Below are positions 33,476 to 43,163 of a stretch of DNA of 64,000 nucleotides, piece after piece (within the stretch, counting starts at the first letter, position 1; each line of letters starts with the position of its first letter). The DNA is taken from NCBI GenBank assembly GCA_964606085.1, contig CAZSFD010000001.1:199795-263794 (forward strand), written 5' to 3'. Source of the stretch: an uncultured Anaerolineaceae bacterium. Lineage in GTDB: Bacteria; Chloroflexota; Anaerolineae; Anaerolineales; UBA4823. The notes beneath the pieces were generated by a model. It was not told the origin of the DNA and ran no database searches. It worked only from the letters and a program-made list of their open reading frames with translations. The position numbers and the translations under genes were made by a program.

Positions 33476-35945
33476 ATGTATACATCAGGCTCTCGCGCAC
33501 GCTGATCTGCGTGGCGCTGCGGGCAGGGAGGATAGACGCCAGAACCGCAATCGCCAGCACCAGCCCGAACCACACGCCCACCGCGGCGAAGTTGAAGGCG
33601 TAATCGAGGCGCACTTCGAGCATCACCAGGCCCAGGCGTTCGGCCAGCGGGCGGGCCAGTGCAAAGGCCAGCGGCACGGCCAGCACAAAGCTGATCAGCG
33701 CTTGCAGCACGCCCTCCATCACAAACAGGGCCATCATGGCTGGCGAGCGCGCCCCCACCGAACGCAGCACGCCGATCTCGCGGCGGCGCTCCACCACGCT
33801 GATGCCCAGCGCCCCCATCAACCCGATGCCGCCCACCATCGCCGCCAGCAGCGCCAGGCTGAGCAGCATACTGATCACCGAATTGAACTGGTTATCAGCA
33901 TACACGCGGGCATCCAGGCGGGCGCTGGTGGTGTAAAAATCAATCCCCATCCCGGCATCTTCAAAGGCTTCTTGCAGCGCATCCGAAAGGGCCTCTTCCT
34001 CGGCCAGGGAGGTCACGTTGCCGCGCACCAACACCTGCGTCCCCACATCATCCAGCCCGGTCGCCGCGTCCATCGCCGCCAACGGGGCGTAGATCGGCTC
34101 GACGACGAAGCCCGACCCGTAGAGGACGCGGTATGCCCCGACGACTTCCCATTCCGCTGCGCCAAACGCCCCCAGATCGAGCGTCACCGTATCGCCGACG
34201 GCAATGCCGTTCTTCTCGGCAGTTTCGGCGCTGATGACGATCACGCGGGCGTCGGCATCGGCGGCTTGCAGCCAGCGCCCGACGGTGATGATCGGGCGGT
34301 ACATCGCCGTATCGGGCGGGATGCCCAATAGTTGCGCCCCCAGGCCGGCCGAATCTTGCAGGCGTTCGCCGGCGCGCAAGAGCGTGGCGTTGCGGCTGTG
34401 CCACATTTCAGCCGCGGACACGCCCGGCACGCCGTTCGCCAGCGTCAACACATCATCCACCGGCTGCGCTTTGGCAAAGCCGATGCGCACGTCGTAACCC
34501 TGGCGGGCCATCTCGTTATCGAGGGTGAACGTGACCGAGCTGATCAGGCTCATCACCACCAGGAACATCACCCCCGCCGTGATCAGCACCAGCAGCGTCA
34601 GCGCCAGGCGTCCCTTGCGGCGGAACAGGTTGCCCAGCGAGGCGGCGTACAGCGTGGGCAAGAAGGCCGCCCCAATCCGCTCCACCGCCCGATCCAGCCG
34701 GCTGGAGCCGAAATCGCCGCCCAGGCCGTAGGAGGCGATCGCCTGGCGCACGGAAAGGCGCGCCCCCTGCAGCACCGGCACGAGAGCGGCCAGCAGCGGG
34801 GCCAGCAGCCCGGCCACAATTTGCAACACCACGGCGCGCGTGGAAACCTGGAAGGGGGGAAAATCTATGTTGAACAGGCCCAAAAACCAGCCGCCCACGC
34901 CCCAGGCAAACAGCGCCGCCGTGGGCAGGGCGATCAGCAGCGCCAACAGGCCAAAGATCAATACCTGTGCCAGGTACACACCTGCAATCGTCGGCCAACG
35001 CGCCCCGATGGCCTTCAACACGCCGATCTGATCCACCTGCTGGGTGATCAGCGCCGTCATCGTGTTCCACACCAGCACCACGCTCAAAAACAGCGCCACA
35101 AGCGCCATAAGCTGCATCACCCAATTGATGCCCTCAACGAACATGCGCCCCCAATGGCGATCCGGCTCCTGGTACAGGCTGACCGCTACGCCGTAGCCCT
35201 GCTCGGCCAGGCGAGCACGCATATCTCCGGCTACTTCCTGGGCATTGGCGAGGCTGTACGGCTCCACGCGCACCAGAAGTTGGCCGAAATAGCCAGCGGG
35301 GATGCCGAACAGGTCTTCGAGCGTGGCGGCATCTACGAAGAAATGCGCCTGCCCGCCAAAAAGCGGCGGTTGGACGAAGGGATGGCGGATCACCCCGGTC
35401 ACGGTCAGGGTGTGCTGGCTGTCGCCGATCTCGAAGGTGACGGCGTCAGCCATGCCCACGCCAAAATACGATCCCGATAGGCGTTCAATGGCGATGGAAT
35501 CGGTCAGCGGCCAGTTGCCTTCTTTCAACACCACCTGGTCGTAGGTCTGGTTGGCATAATCGGGCCGCTGGACGATGGTGCCCAATTCCCATTCATTGGT
35601 TTCGACAGGCTCAACCAACGAGGATTCGCCGGTTGAGCCTGTCGAAACCGCCGCTGTCGAAACCAGGCGGTAACGCACCGAGACCTGGTTGACCGCATCC
35701 ACCGCGGCCACGCCGGGCAGGGTTTCGAGGTCGTCGGCCACGGCTTGCGGGATGTAATCGCGCAGGATGATGTTGACGTGTGATGGGTTGACGGCCTGGT
35801 GAGCGGCATCCATGCCGGAGAGCAACTGATCCACCATGCCAAAGATGGCCCCCACGGCAAACACACCCGAGGCAATGCTGAACACGGCCAACAGCGTGCG
35901 GGTTTTGTGGTGGAACAGGTCGTGGAGGATTTTATAACGCAACAT
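33474..35945 (-). CDS. MacB/FtsX-type ABC transporter permease with two FtsX domains
   Basis: MLRYKILHDLFHHKTRTLLAVFSIASGVFAVG, two large extracytoplasmic loops and two four-helix FtsX units. Start taken at 35945 because the ORF-track extension to 36020 translates a microsatellite. Confidence 0.85.
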   Translation of the reverse strand: MLRYKILHDLFHHKTRTLLAVFSIASGVFAVGAIFGMVDQLLSGMDAAHQAVNPSHVNIILRDYIPQAVADDLETLPGVAAVDAVNQVSVRYRLVSTAAVSTGSTGESSLVEPVETNEWELGTIVQRPDYANQTYDQVVLKEGNWPLTDSIAIERLSGSYFGVGMADAVTFEIGDSQHTLTVTGVIRHPFVQPPLFGGQAHFFVDAATLEDLFGIPAGYFGQLLVRVEPYSLANAQEVAGDMRARLAEQGYGVAVSLYQEPDRHWGRMFVEGINWVMQLMALVALFLSVVLVWNTMTALITQQVDQIGVLKAIGARWPTIAGVYLAQVLIFGLLALLIALPTAALFAWGVGGWFLGLFNIDFPPFQVSTRAVVLQIVAGLLAPLLAALVPVLQGARLSVRQAIASYGLGGDFGSSRLDRAVERIGAAFLPTLYAASLGNLFRRKGRLALTLLVLITAGVMFLVVMSLISSVTFTLDNEMARQGYDVRIGFAKAQPVDDVLTLANGVPGVSAAEMWHSRNATLLRAGERLQDSAGLGAQLLGIPPDTAMYRPIITVGRWLQAADADARVIVISAETAEKNGIAVGDTVTLDLGAFGAAEWEVVGAYRVLYGSGFVVEPIYAPLAAMDAATGLDDVGTQVLVRGNVTSLAEEEALSDALQEAFEDAGMGIDFYTTSARLDARVYADNQFNSVISMLLSLALLAAMVGGIGLMGALGISVVERRREIGVLRSVGARSPAMMALFVMEGVLQALISFVLAVPLAFALARPLAERLGLVMLEVRLDYAFNFAAVGVWFGLVLAIAVLASILPARSATQISVRESLMYT
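35598..35664. repeat. GGTTTCGACAGGCTCAACC inverted repeat inside the permease CDS
   Basis: Arm 35598-35616 and its exact reverse complement at 35631-35649, plus a partial third copy to 35664. Translated in frame as VSTGSTGESSLVEPVET. Confidence 0.85.
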
Positions 35946-36066
35946 GGGGATTTTAGGATTGGGGGATTGGGGGATTGGGGGATTTGAGGATTGGGGGATT
36001 GGAATAAGGCGATCTATCAATCCATCAATCCGTCAATCCGTCAATCCGTCAATCCACCAATCCATC
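35946..36066. repeat. Two facing 8-bp microsatellite blocks, (ATTGGGGG)n and (CAATCCGT)n
   Basis: 35946-36003 ggattttaggattgggggattgggggattgggggatttgaggattgggggattgg. 36017-36066 tcaatccatcaatccgtcaatccgtcaatccgtcaatccaccaatccatcaac. The cores ggattg and caatcc are reverse complements. Confidence 0.85.
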
Positions 36067-36742
36067 AACAGCTTCCATCACGGGCAATTTGCCCGTTGCG
36101 GATTTCGATGCGACGCGGGACGCGGCAGGCTAATTCTTCGTTGTGTGTGACCATCAGCAGGGTTTTGCCCTGGCGGGCGAGGTCGCAAAACAGGCCAAAG
36201 ACTTCTTCGGAGGTGGCGGCGTCGAGGTTGCCGGTGGGTTCATCGGCCACGAGCAGTGGCGGGTCGTTGGCCAGGGCGCGGGCAATGGCGGCACGCTGCT
36301 GCTGCCCACCTGAAACGGCGCTGGGCAGTTTGTGCATCTGATCGGCCAGGCCGACCAGTTCGAGCAGGCTTTCGGCGCGTTGGCGGCGTTCTTTGGAGCG
36401 GCCGCGGCGGGCTAAATCTTGCGGGAGGATCACGTTTTGCAGCAGGTTGAGCGAGGGGAGCAGTTGGAAGAACTGGAAAACGATACCAACCTGGGTGGCG
36501 CGCCAGCCCGCCAGTTGATCCTCGCTGAGGACGTGGATGGCGCGCCCATTGACGATCACCTGCCCGGAGGTGGGATGGTCTATGCCGGTGATCATGTTGA
36601 GCAGCGTAGATTTGCCATTGCCCGACGGCCCGACAATGGCGACGTATTCGCCGGCGGCGATGTCGAGCGAGATACCGTTCAATACCGTCACCTGGCGGTC
36701 AGCGACGGGGAAGGTTTTGACGAGGTTTTGGAGTTGGATCAT
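36065..36742 (-). CDS. MacB/LolD-type ABC transporter ATP-binding protein
   Basis: GPSGNGKSTLLNMITG, LSGGQQQRAAIARALANDPPLLVADEPTGNLD. Confidence 0.9.
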   Translation of the reverse strand: MIQLQNLVKTFPVADRQVTVLNGISLDIAAGEYVAIVGPSGNGKSTLLNMITGIDHPTSGQVIVNGRAIHVLSEDQLAGWRATQVGIVFQFFQLLPSLNLLQNVILPQDLARRGRSKERRQRAESLLELVGLADQMHKLPSAVSGGQQQRAAIARALANDPPLLVADEPTGNLDAATSEEVFGLFCDLARQGKTLLMVTHNEELACRVPRRIEIRNGQIARDGSC

Positions 36743-36758
36743 CTGGCCTCCGCCATGC

Positions 36759-36784
36759 GTAGGGCGAAATTAATTTCGCCCTAC
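36759..36784. repeat. 26-bp perfect palindrome GTAGGGCGAAATTAATTTCGCCCTAC (copy 2)
   Basis: Identical to 31317-31342. Overlaps the stop codon (36781-36783, minus strand) of the carotenoid oxygenase gene. Confidence 0.9.
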
Positions 36785-38205
36785 AGGTCAAAATAGGCCC
36801 CGTGGTAGCCGAATAGCACGGGTTGGGGCAACTCGGCGCGGGCGAGCTCGTCGAGGGTGTGGGCGTCGAGGACGAGCAGGAAGGAGATGCCGCGCCGGGC
36901 GTCCAACACCACGGAGAGCAGCACACCATCATCTTTCAGGGCCGCGCCGGGCCGGGGGACGAAGATCGCCTCGCCGGGGTAGCAGTCATCGGCAAACCAG
37001 GCGGCGGCGTGGCGGGCGTAGGTGTCCACTTTCACAATCTGGTTGTAAAAGCCTTCGGGTTTGTCGGGGCGCAGGCTGGCGGCGTAGACGTAGCGGTAGT
37101 CGCCGCGGGTGTTGTAGGCGGGGTAATCGAAGTTGGGCAGTTCCATGCAGGCATCGGAGAGGGTTTCGTAATCGGCCGTTTTGCCGTTCAAGGGGATGTG
37201 GTAGCGCCGCAGGTTGCCGTGCGGGAGGGGCTGCGAGCCGTCTTGCAGGCGGTCGAGATAATAGGCTTGCAAGATGCCAGCATCGGGGTAAGCAACGATG
37301 TCCACGAACAGGTCGTCGCCCTGCTCGAAGGCGTTGACGTGGTGGAAGGCGAAAAAGGCTGCGGCCTCGTAGCGTCCGCGCAGTTGGCCGGTGGCACGCT
37401 CTACCACCCAAAAGCGCGTCCCCCGCCCCGGCTGCCAGCGGTAATTCTCGATGTAGGGCCTGCGCCACAACAACAGGTCGAGCGGATTGACCACCAGGGG
37501 AAATTCCGCCAGAATAAAGTAGCGTGCAGACATGCCAAAACTGTGTAGATAGGCTGGTTGGCTCACCGGCAGTGAGGCTAGAAGAATTTTTTGTTTATGT
37601 TGTGCAATTTGGTAAACGTTATAGTGGCTACGCGCATGAAAACGCGTTACCAGGTTATATGCCGTGCGCCGGTCAAAATCAAAATGCGGGTGGACGGTGG
37701 TCATCTGGCCGGTAAGGTTATCTTCGTAAGTGAAGACGCCTACGGTGGCGAGGGTCTCGGGGTCAAATTCAATCTGGATCGGCGTTTCGGCCAGCGCCAG
37801 ATATTTTCCCGCCATCAGTGCCACGCTGACCTTGGCGCTATCGGTTATGCGCGTGTCGGTGGGATCGAAATAGCTGTTCACCCGGTCGAAGAGCGTTCGG
37901 CAGGGGTCGGTGGCAAATTCGGAATAAGTAATCCGCCCAGTTTCCTGGGCGGCGCGATATGCCTTGGTTTGCAGAAATTTATTGGCGTACGCCACAGCCC
38001 CGCCCCGCATCGTGAAGCGGTGCAGCATCGCCAGGCCATCGAACCAGTGGCGGTAGCGCTGCTGACCGGCCTGAAATGTCCCTGGCCCGTTGCGGATCAG
38101 CGTGCCGTTCAGCCATTCGGGCAGCTTGCCGCGCACCGGAAGCGAAGCGATGGAGATTTCGAGCGTGGGCTTTTCGAACCCGAGAGGGAAGTAGGAGGTG
38201 GACAT
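36781..38205 (-). CDS. Carotenoid cleavage oxygenase (RPE65/CCO family)
   Basis: GKLPEWLNGTLIRNGPGTFQAGQQRYRHWFDGLAMLHRF, conserved His positions (HPHFD, FHHVNAF, LFGYHGAYF). Confidence 0.85.
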   Translation of the reverse strand: MSTSYFPLGFEKPTLEISIASLPVRGKLPEWLNGTLIRNGPGTFQAGQQRYRHWFDGLAMLHRFTMRGGAVAYANKFLQTKAYRAAQETGRITYSEFATDPCRTLFDRVNSYFDPTDTRITDSAKVSVALMAGKYLALAETPIQIEFDPETLATVGVFTYEDNLTGQMTTVHPHFDFDRRTAYNLVTRFHARSHYNVYQIAQHKQKILLASLPVSQPAYLHSFGMSARYFILAEFPLVVNPLDLLLWRRPYIENYRWQPGRGTRFWVVERATGQLRGRYEAAAFFAFHHVNAFEQGDDLFVDIVAYPDAGILQAYYLDRLQDGSQPLPHGNLRRYHIPLNGKTADYETLSDACMELPNFDYPAYNTRGDYRYVYAASLRPDKPEGFYNQIVKVDTYARHAAAWFADDCYPGEAIFVPRPGAALKDDGVLLSVVLDARRGISFLLVLDAHTLDELARAELPQPVLFGYHGAYFDL

Positions 38206-38218
38206 GGAGAGTGTTTCG

Positions 38219-39751
38219 TCACGCTGCCGACGGGTTTGACACTGGCAATTGCCGGGCGGGCTGTTCTGCCTTCGCCATCTCCTCAGCGATCAGGTCGGCG
38301 GCGATCTTACCGGAGGCCAGCACCGCCGGGACTCCCGCGCCGGGGTGGGTGCCTGCACCGACGAAGTAGAGGTTGTCGAACTCTTCGGAGCGGTTGTGCG
38401 GGCGCAGCCAGCCAGCCTGGAAAAGCGTGGGGCGCACGGAGAACGCCGCGCCTTTGTAGCTGTTCAACACGTCGCGGAAGTGCAGCGGGTCAATGTAGTG
38501 TTCGGCCACAATATTCTCGCGCAATTCGGGCAGGTAGTTTTCTTCAAGAAATTGCAGGATGCGCGCTTTGTAGGGTTCGGCCATCTTCGTCCAATCCACG
38601 CCGGCATCGAGAGTGGGAACAGGCGAGAGGACATAGCAAGATTCGTGGCCTTCGGGAGCGACACTGGGGTCGGTCATGGAGGGCATGTGCAGGTAGAGCG
38701 AGAAATCTTCGGGCAGGCCCTTTTCGCCAAAAATTTCGGCCAGCAGCTCGCGATAACGCTCGTTGAGGATGATGTTGTGGTGGCGCAGGTTGCTGCTGTG
38801 GCGGTACTGCTTCTTGGTGCCAAAGTAGATCACGAACAGCGACATGCTATATTTGATCTGGTCAATGCGTTTGTCGGTGTATTGCTTGCGCCGCGCGGCG
38901 GGGATCATGTATTTGTAGGTAAACGCCGGGTCAGCATTGGAAACGACCAGGTCGGCCTGGTGAACGCTGCCATCCTTCAGGCGGATGCCGGTGGCCTGGC
39001 GGCCTTCGACCATAATCTCGTCCACTTCGGCGTTGAGGTGGACTTTGCCGCCCAACTCACGAAACAGCTTGCCCAACGCCTCGACCAATGCACCCGTACC
39101 ACCGATGGCGTAGTGAACGCCCCACTGCTTCTCGAACTGGACAACCAGCGTGTAAATGGCCGGGGTATCGAAGGGGCTGCCGCCCACCAACAGCGGGTGG
39201 AAGGAAAAGACCCGGCGCAGAAATTCGTTTTTCAGGAATTTGGAAACGAAGCTGTAGGTGCTGATAAATGCCTGCATGCGGATCATATCCGGGATCAGCT
39301 TGAGAAAATCGGGCAGGTAGAGGAAAGGTTGATCGGTGGCAGGGTTGAAGCGCTCGAAAATTTTCTTGGTGGCGGCCACAAATTTCTTGAAGCCCGGTTG
39401 ATCGGCGGGGCTCCAGCGCTCGATTTCCTTGAGGGTATCTTCGGTATCCTGGAAGTAATCGAAATGCTTGCCCTCGTGATTGAAGATGCGGTAGAACGGG
39501 TTGAGCGGCACGAACTTGACGTAATCTTCACGCTTGCGCCCGGCAAGTTCGAACAATTCGTCGAACATCCACGGCGCGGTGATCACGGTCGGACCGCCAT
39601 CGAACTTGAAGCCGTTGATTTCATACTGGTAAGCGCGCCCGCCGAGCTTATCGCGCTTCTCGAAAATTTCCACCTGATGGCCTTGCGCCGCCAATCGAAT
39701 AGCTGCACCCAACCCACCAAAACCACTGCCAACAACAATCACCTTACTCAT
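38219..39751 (-). CDS. crtI: Phytoene desaturase family (CrtI-type) FAD oxidoreductase
   Basis: [38 protein letters not shown] dinucleotide fold and C-terminal [20 protein letters not shown]. Confidence 0.85.
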   Translation of the reverse strand: MSKVIVVGSGFGGLGAAIRLAAQGHQVEIFEKRDKLGGRAYQYEINGFKFDGGPTVITAPWMFDELFELAGRKREDYVKFVPLNPFYRIFNHEGKHFDYFQDTEDTLKEIERWSPADQPGFKKFVAATKKIFERFNPATDQPFLYLPDFLKLIPDMIRMQAFISTYSFVSKFLKNEFLRRVFSFHPLLVGGSPFDTPAIYTLVVQFEKQWGVHYAIGGTGALVEALGKLFRELGGKVHLNAEVDEIMVEGRQATGIRLKDGSVHQADLVVSNADPAFTYKYMIPAARRKQYTDKRIDQIKYSMSLFVIYFGTKKQYRHSSNLRHHNIILNERYRELLAEIFGEKGLPEDFSLYLHMPSMTDPSVAPEGHESCYVLSPVPTLDAGVDWTKMAEPYKARILQFLEENYLPELRENIVAEHYIDPLHFRDVLNSYKGAAFSVRPTLFQAGWLRPHNRSEEFDNLYFVGAGTHPGAGVPAVLASGKIAADLIAEEMAKAEQPARQLPVSNPSAA

Positions 39752-39891
39752 TGCGACACCTCCAAGAATTTCTGATTTCTGATTTCGAGCGCATTGTACA
39801 GTTTTTGTTCTGATTTGTCAAGGTTTGGTAGAGAATATAATCATCTCGTGTTTATTTGACCGCGCATTGGCTTTGCGATAAACTCAAGCGC

Positions 39892-40143
39892 ATGGATGAC
39901 GCCCCCCGCCAACTGGAACAAGCTCGCCTGATGGCTGACCGCCTGGCCCGGCTGAACGTCGACTCGATCTGGGCGCGCCGGGCCGGGGGCTTGCGAGGCT
40001 CCCTGCTGCACAACATCACCCTGGTCGAGCGCGGCGCATCGCCCCGCCGCCTGGCCCACCTGGAACGCCTGGTTCAGCAGAGTTACCACATCCTCACCCA
40101 GGCCGCCCGCGAAATCCCCGACCCCAGCACAGCGAGGAGATAA
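39892..40143 (+). CDS. Small helical protein, unknown function
   Basis: 83 aa from the first ATG. Its stop is 1 nt before the next gene's ATG, so the two are probably co-translated. Confidence 0.4.
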   Translation: MDDAPRQLEQARLMADRLARLNVDSIWARRAGGLRGSLLHNITLVERGASPRRLAHLERLVQQSYHILTQAAREIPDPSTARR

Positions 40144-40144
40144 T

Positions 40145-40645
40145 ATGCAAGAACGCATCAACCACACCACCGGGCTATACAATGAAATGCTGTTCGATGT
40201 CTTGTTCAACCACGAAGTGGTGCGCGCCAAACGCTACCCCAGCCCGACCACCCTGCTGCGCCTGGGAATCTGCCTGGATCAGACCGGCGAAGACATTCTC
40301 GAAACCGCCACGCTCAATGTCGCCCACGTACTCAACAGCAGCCTGCGCCAGGTAGATGTACCAGCCCACTGCGGCGCGAATTTCTGGGTGTTATTGCCCG
40401 CCACTGAAGAAGAAGGCGGCATCATCGTCGCCCAACGCCTGATTGAGCGCCTGACCACCGAACAGGCCACACGCAGCAATCATCGTTTTTGGATGAGCCT
40501 GTGCATTGGGCTGGCCAGTCATCCGGGCGGGCCAGCCATCACCGCAGGGGAGTTGATCGTACAATCTACCCATGCCCTGGAAGAAGCGATGAAGCGGGGG
40601 AAAAACTTACTGGTCACCTATCGCGAGTTGGTGCGCATTCCATAG
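40145..40645 (+). CDS. Stand-alone degenerate GGDEF domain protein
   Basis: TGLYNEMLFDVLFNHEVVRAKRY...LLRLGICLDQTG...RQVDVPAHCGANFWVLLP follows the GGDEF fold, but the GGDEF loop reads CGANF and the DxD metal site is lost. An RxxD (RQVD) is kept just upstream. Confidence 0.65.
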   Translation: MQERINHTTGLYNEMLFDVLFNHEVVRAKRYPSPTTLLRLGICLDQTGEDILETATLNVAHVLNSSLRQVDVPAHCGANFWVLLPATEEEGGIIVAQRLIERLTTEQATRSNHRFWMSLCIGLASHPGGPAITAGELIVQSTHALEEAMKRGKNLLVTYRELVRIP

Positions 40646-40736
40646 CGGCACAGGGCAAAATCCCGCCTAAGCACCTACAACATTCAGGATACATGTCACT
40701 GCCAAAAGCCACGGGGGAAGGGTATCATCCACGCGT

Positions 40737-40780
40737 CAACTTCTTAACCTTCAATCTACAACCTTCAAACCTTCACCCCA
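40737..40780. repeat. CCTTCAAC/CCTTCACC leader repeat
   Basis: caacttcttaaccttcaatctacaaccttcaaaccttcacccc ends 3 nt before the ATG at 40783. Confidence 0.5.
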
Positions 40781-40782
40781 CC

Positions 40783-42336
<1,554 letters not shown>

Positions 42337-42342
42337 CAAAAA

Positions 42343-42699
42343 ATGATTGAGAATTTGTGGATCGCCGCTCAAATCAGCCTGCTGGGCATGAGCCTCGTCT
42401 TCGGGGCGATCTTGCTCCTGTGGGGTGTACTGGCCTTACTGGTGCATCTGACTGCCGAACGCCAGCCCCGCGCCGAAACCGTGGCCGTCGAAACGCCCCC
42501 CGCAGCCACCGCCCCGGCAATACCCGCCGCGACAGATAGGCTGGCCCGCGCCGCCGCAGCCGCCGTGGCCGTTGCCCTGGCCCTGCAGCACAAACCAACC
42601 CTCAGCGATAGCCCGGTAAAGCCCAACAGCGCCGTCAGCGCCTGGCAGGCCGTCACCCGCGCCACCGCCCTCAACGCCCGCCGCCCGCGGCGCTCCTGA
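42343..42699 (+). CDS. OadG/MmdD-like small membrane subunit of a Na+-translocating decarboxylase
   Basis: N-terminal helix (ISLLGMSLVFGAILLLWGVLALLV) then an Ala/Pro-rich tail. Position is between the carboxyltransferase and biotin carrier genes. Confidence 0.6.
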   Translation: MIENLWIAAQISLLGMSLVFGAILLLWGVLALLVHLTAERQPRAETVAVETPPAATAPAIPAATDRLARAAAAAVAVALALQHKPTLSDSPVKPNSAVSAWQAVTRATALNARRPRRS

Positions 42700-42706
42700 C
42701 CCAACC

Positions 42707-43159
42707 ATGAAACTTCAAGTCAAAATTGACGATCAAACCTACGAAGTCGAAATTGGCGACCTGACCACCCGACCCATCCGGGCCACCGTAGATGGCGAGA
42801 CCTTCGACATCTGGCCCGAAGAAACCGCCAGCCTGCCGACCGCCCCCCGCGCGCCCGCGGCCACCACACCCGCCGCCAAACCCACTGCGGCAGCAAGCGC
42901 GACGGCAGGCAAACCGGCGGTCGCTCCGGCCGCCACAGCCAGCGCCAATGCCGTGTGCGCGCCCATCCCCGGCGTGATCATCTCCATTGCCGTGCAGCCC
43001 GGCGCAACCGTCCGGCGCGGGCAAGAACTGTGCCTGTTAGAAGCGATGAAGATGAACAACGCCATCCGTTCGCCGCGCGACGGCCAGATAGCCTCCGTGC
43101 CAGTCAGCGTCGGGCAGGCGGTGAAACATGGGGATGTGCTGGTAACGTTCGAGCCATAG
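42707..43159 (+). CDS. Biotin carboxyl carrier subunit (biotinyl domain)
   Basis: Ala/Pro linker then APIPGVIISIAVQPGATVRRGQELCLLEAMKMNNAIRSPRDGQI with the EAMKM biotinylation motif. Confidence 0.85.
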   Translation: MKLQVKIDDQTYEVEIGDLTTRPIRATVDGETFDIWPEETASLPTAPRAPAATTPAAKPTAAASATAGKPAVAPAATASANAVCAPIPGVIISIAVQPGATVRRGQELCLLEAMKMNNAIRSPRDGQIASVPVSVGQAVKHGDVLVTFEP

Positions 43160-43163
43160 TCAC

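Noticed and set aside
34332-35480. 382-aa plus-strand ORF (also 33702-34331)
   Set aside because: It is antisense to the FtsX permease and has His/Gln/Arg-rich low-complexity sequence.
35946-36020. N-terminal extension of the permease (MIDRLIPIPQSSNPPIPQSPNPKIP)
   Set aside because: It is encoded entirely by the microsatellite. The conserved FtsX N-terminus begins at the ATG at 35945.
35946-36066. Possible CRISPR array, because of regularly spaced short repeats
   Set aside because: The units are only 8 bp and directly abutting, with no unique spacers. This is a pair of microsatellites, not a CRISPR array, and no cas genes are present in the window.
37591-39775. 391-aa and 508-aa plus-strand ORFs
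   Set aside because: They are antisense to the carotenoid oxygenase and crtI genes, both of which have strong family motifs.
39815-39841. TTGTCA ... TATAAT promoter-like pair, plus three TTCTGATTT words upstream of the 39892 ORF
   Set aside because: The spacer is only 15 nt, so the -35/-10 geometry is poor. It is kept as a note and not called as a feature.
40489-40782. 98-codon N-terminal extension of the carboxyltransferase ORF
   Set aside because: It overlaps the end of the GGDEF-like gene and the leader repeat. The conserved carboxyltransferase N-terminus starts at MEDPRILELR (40783).
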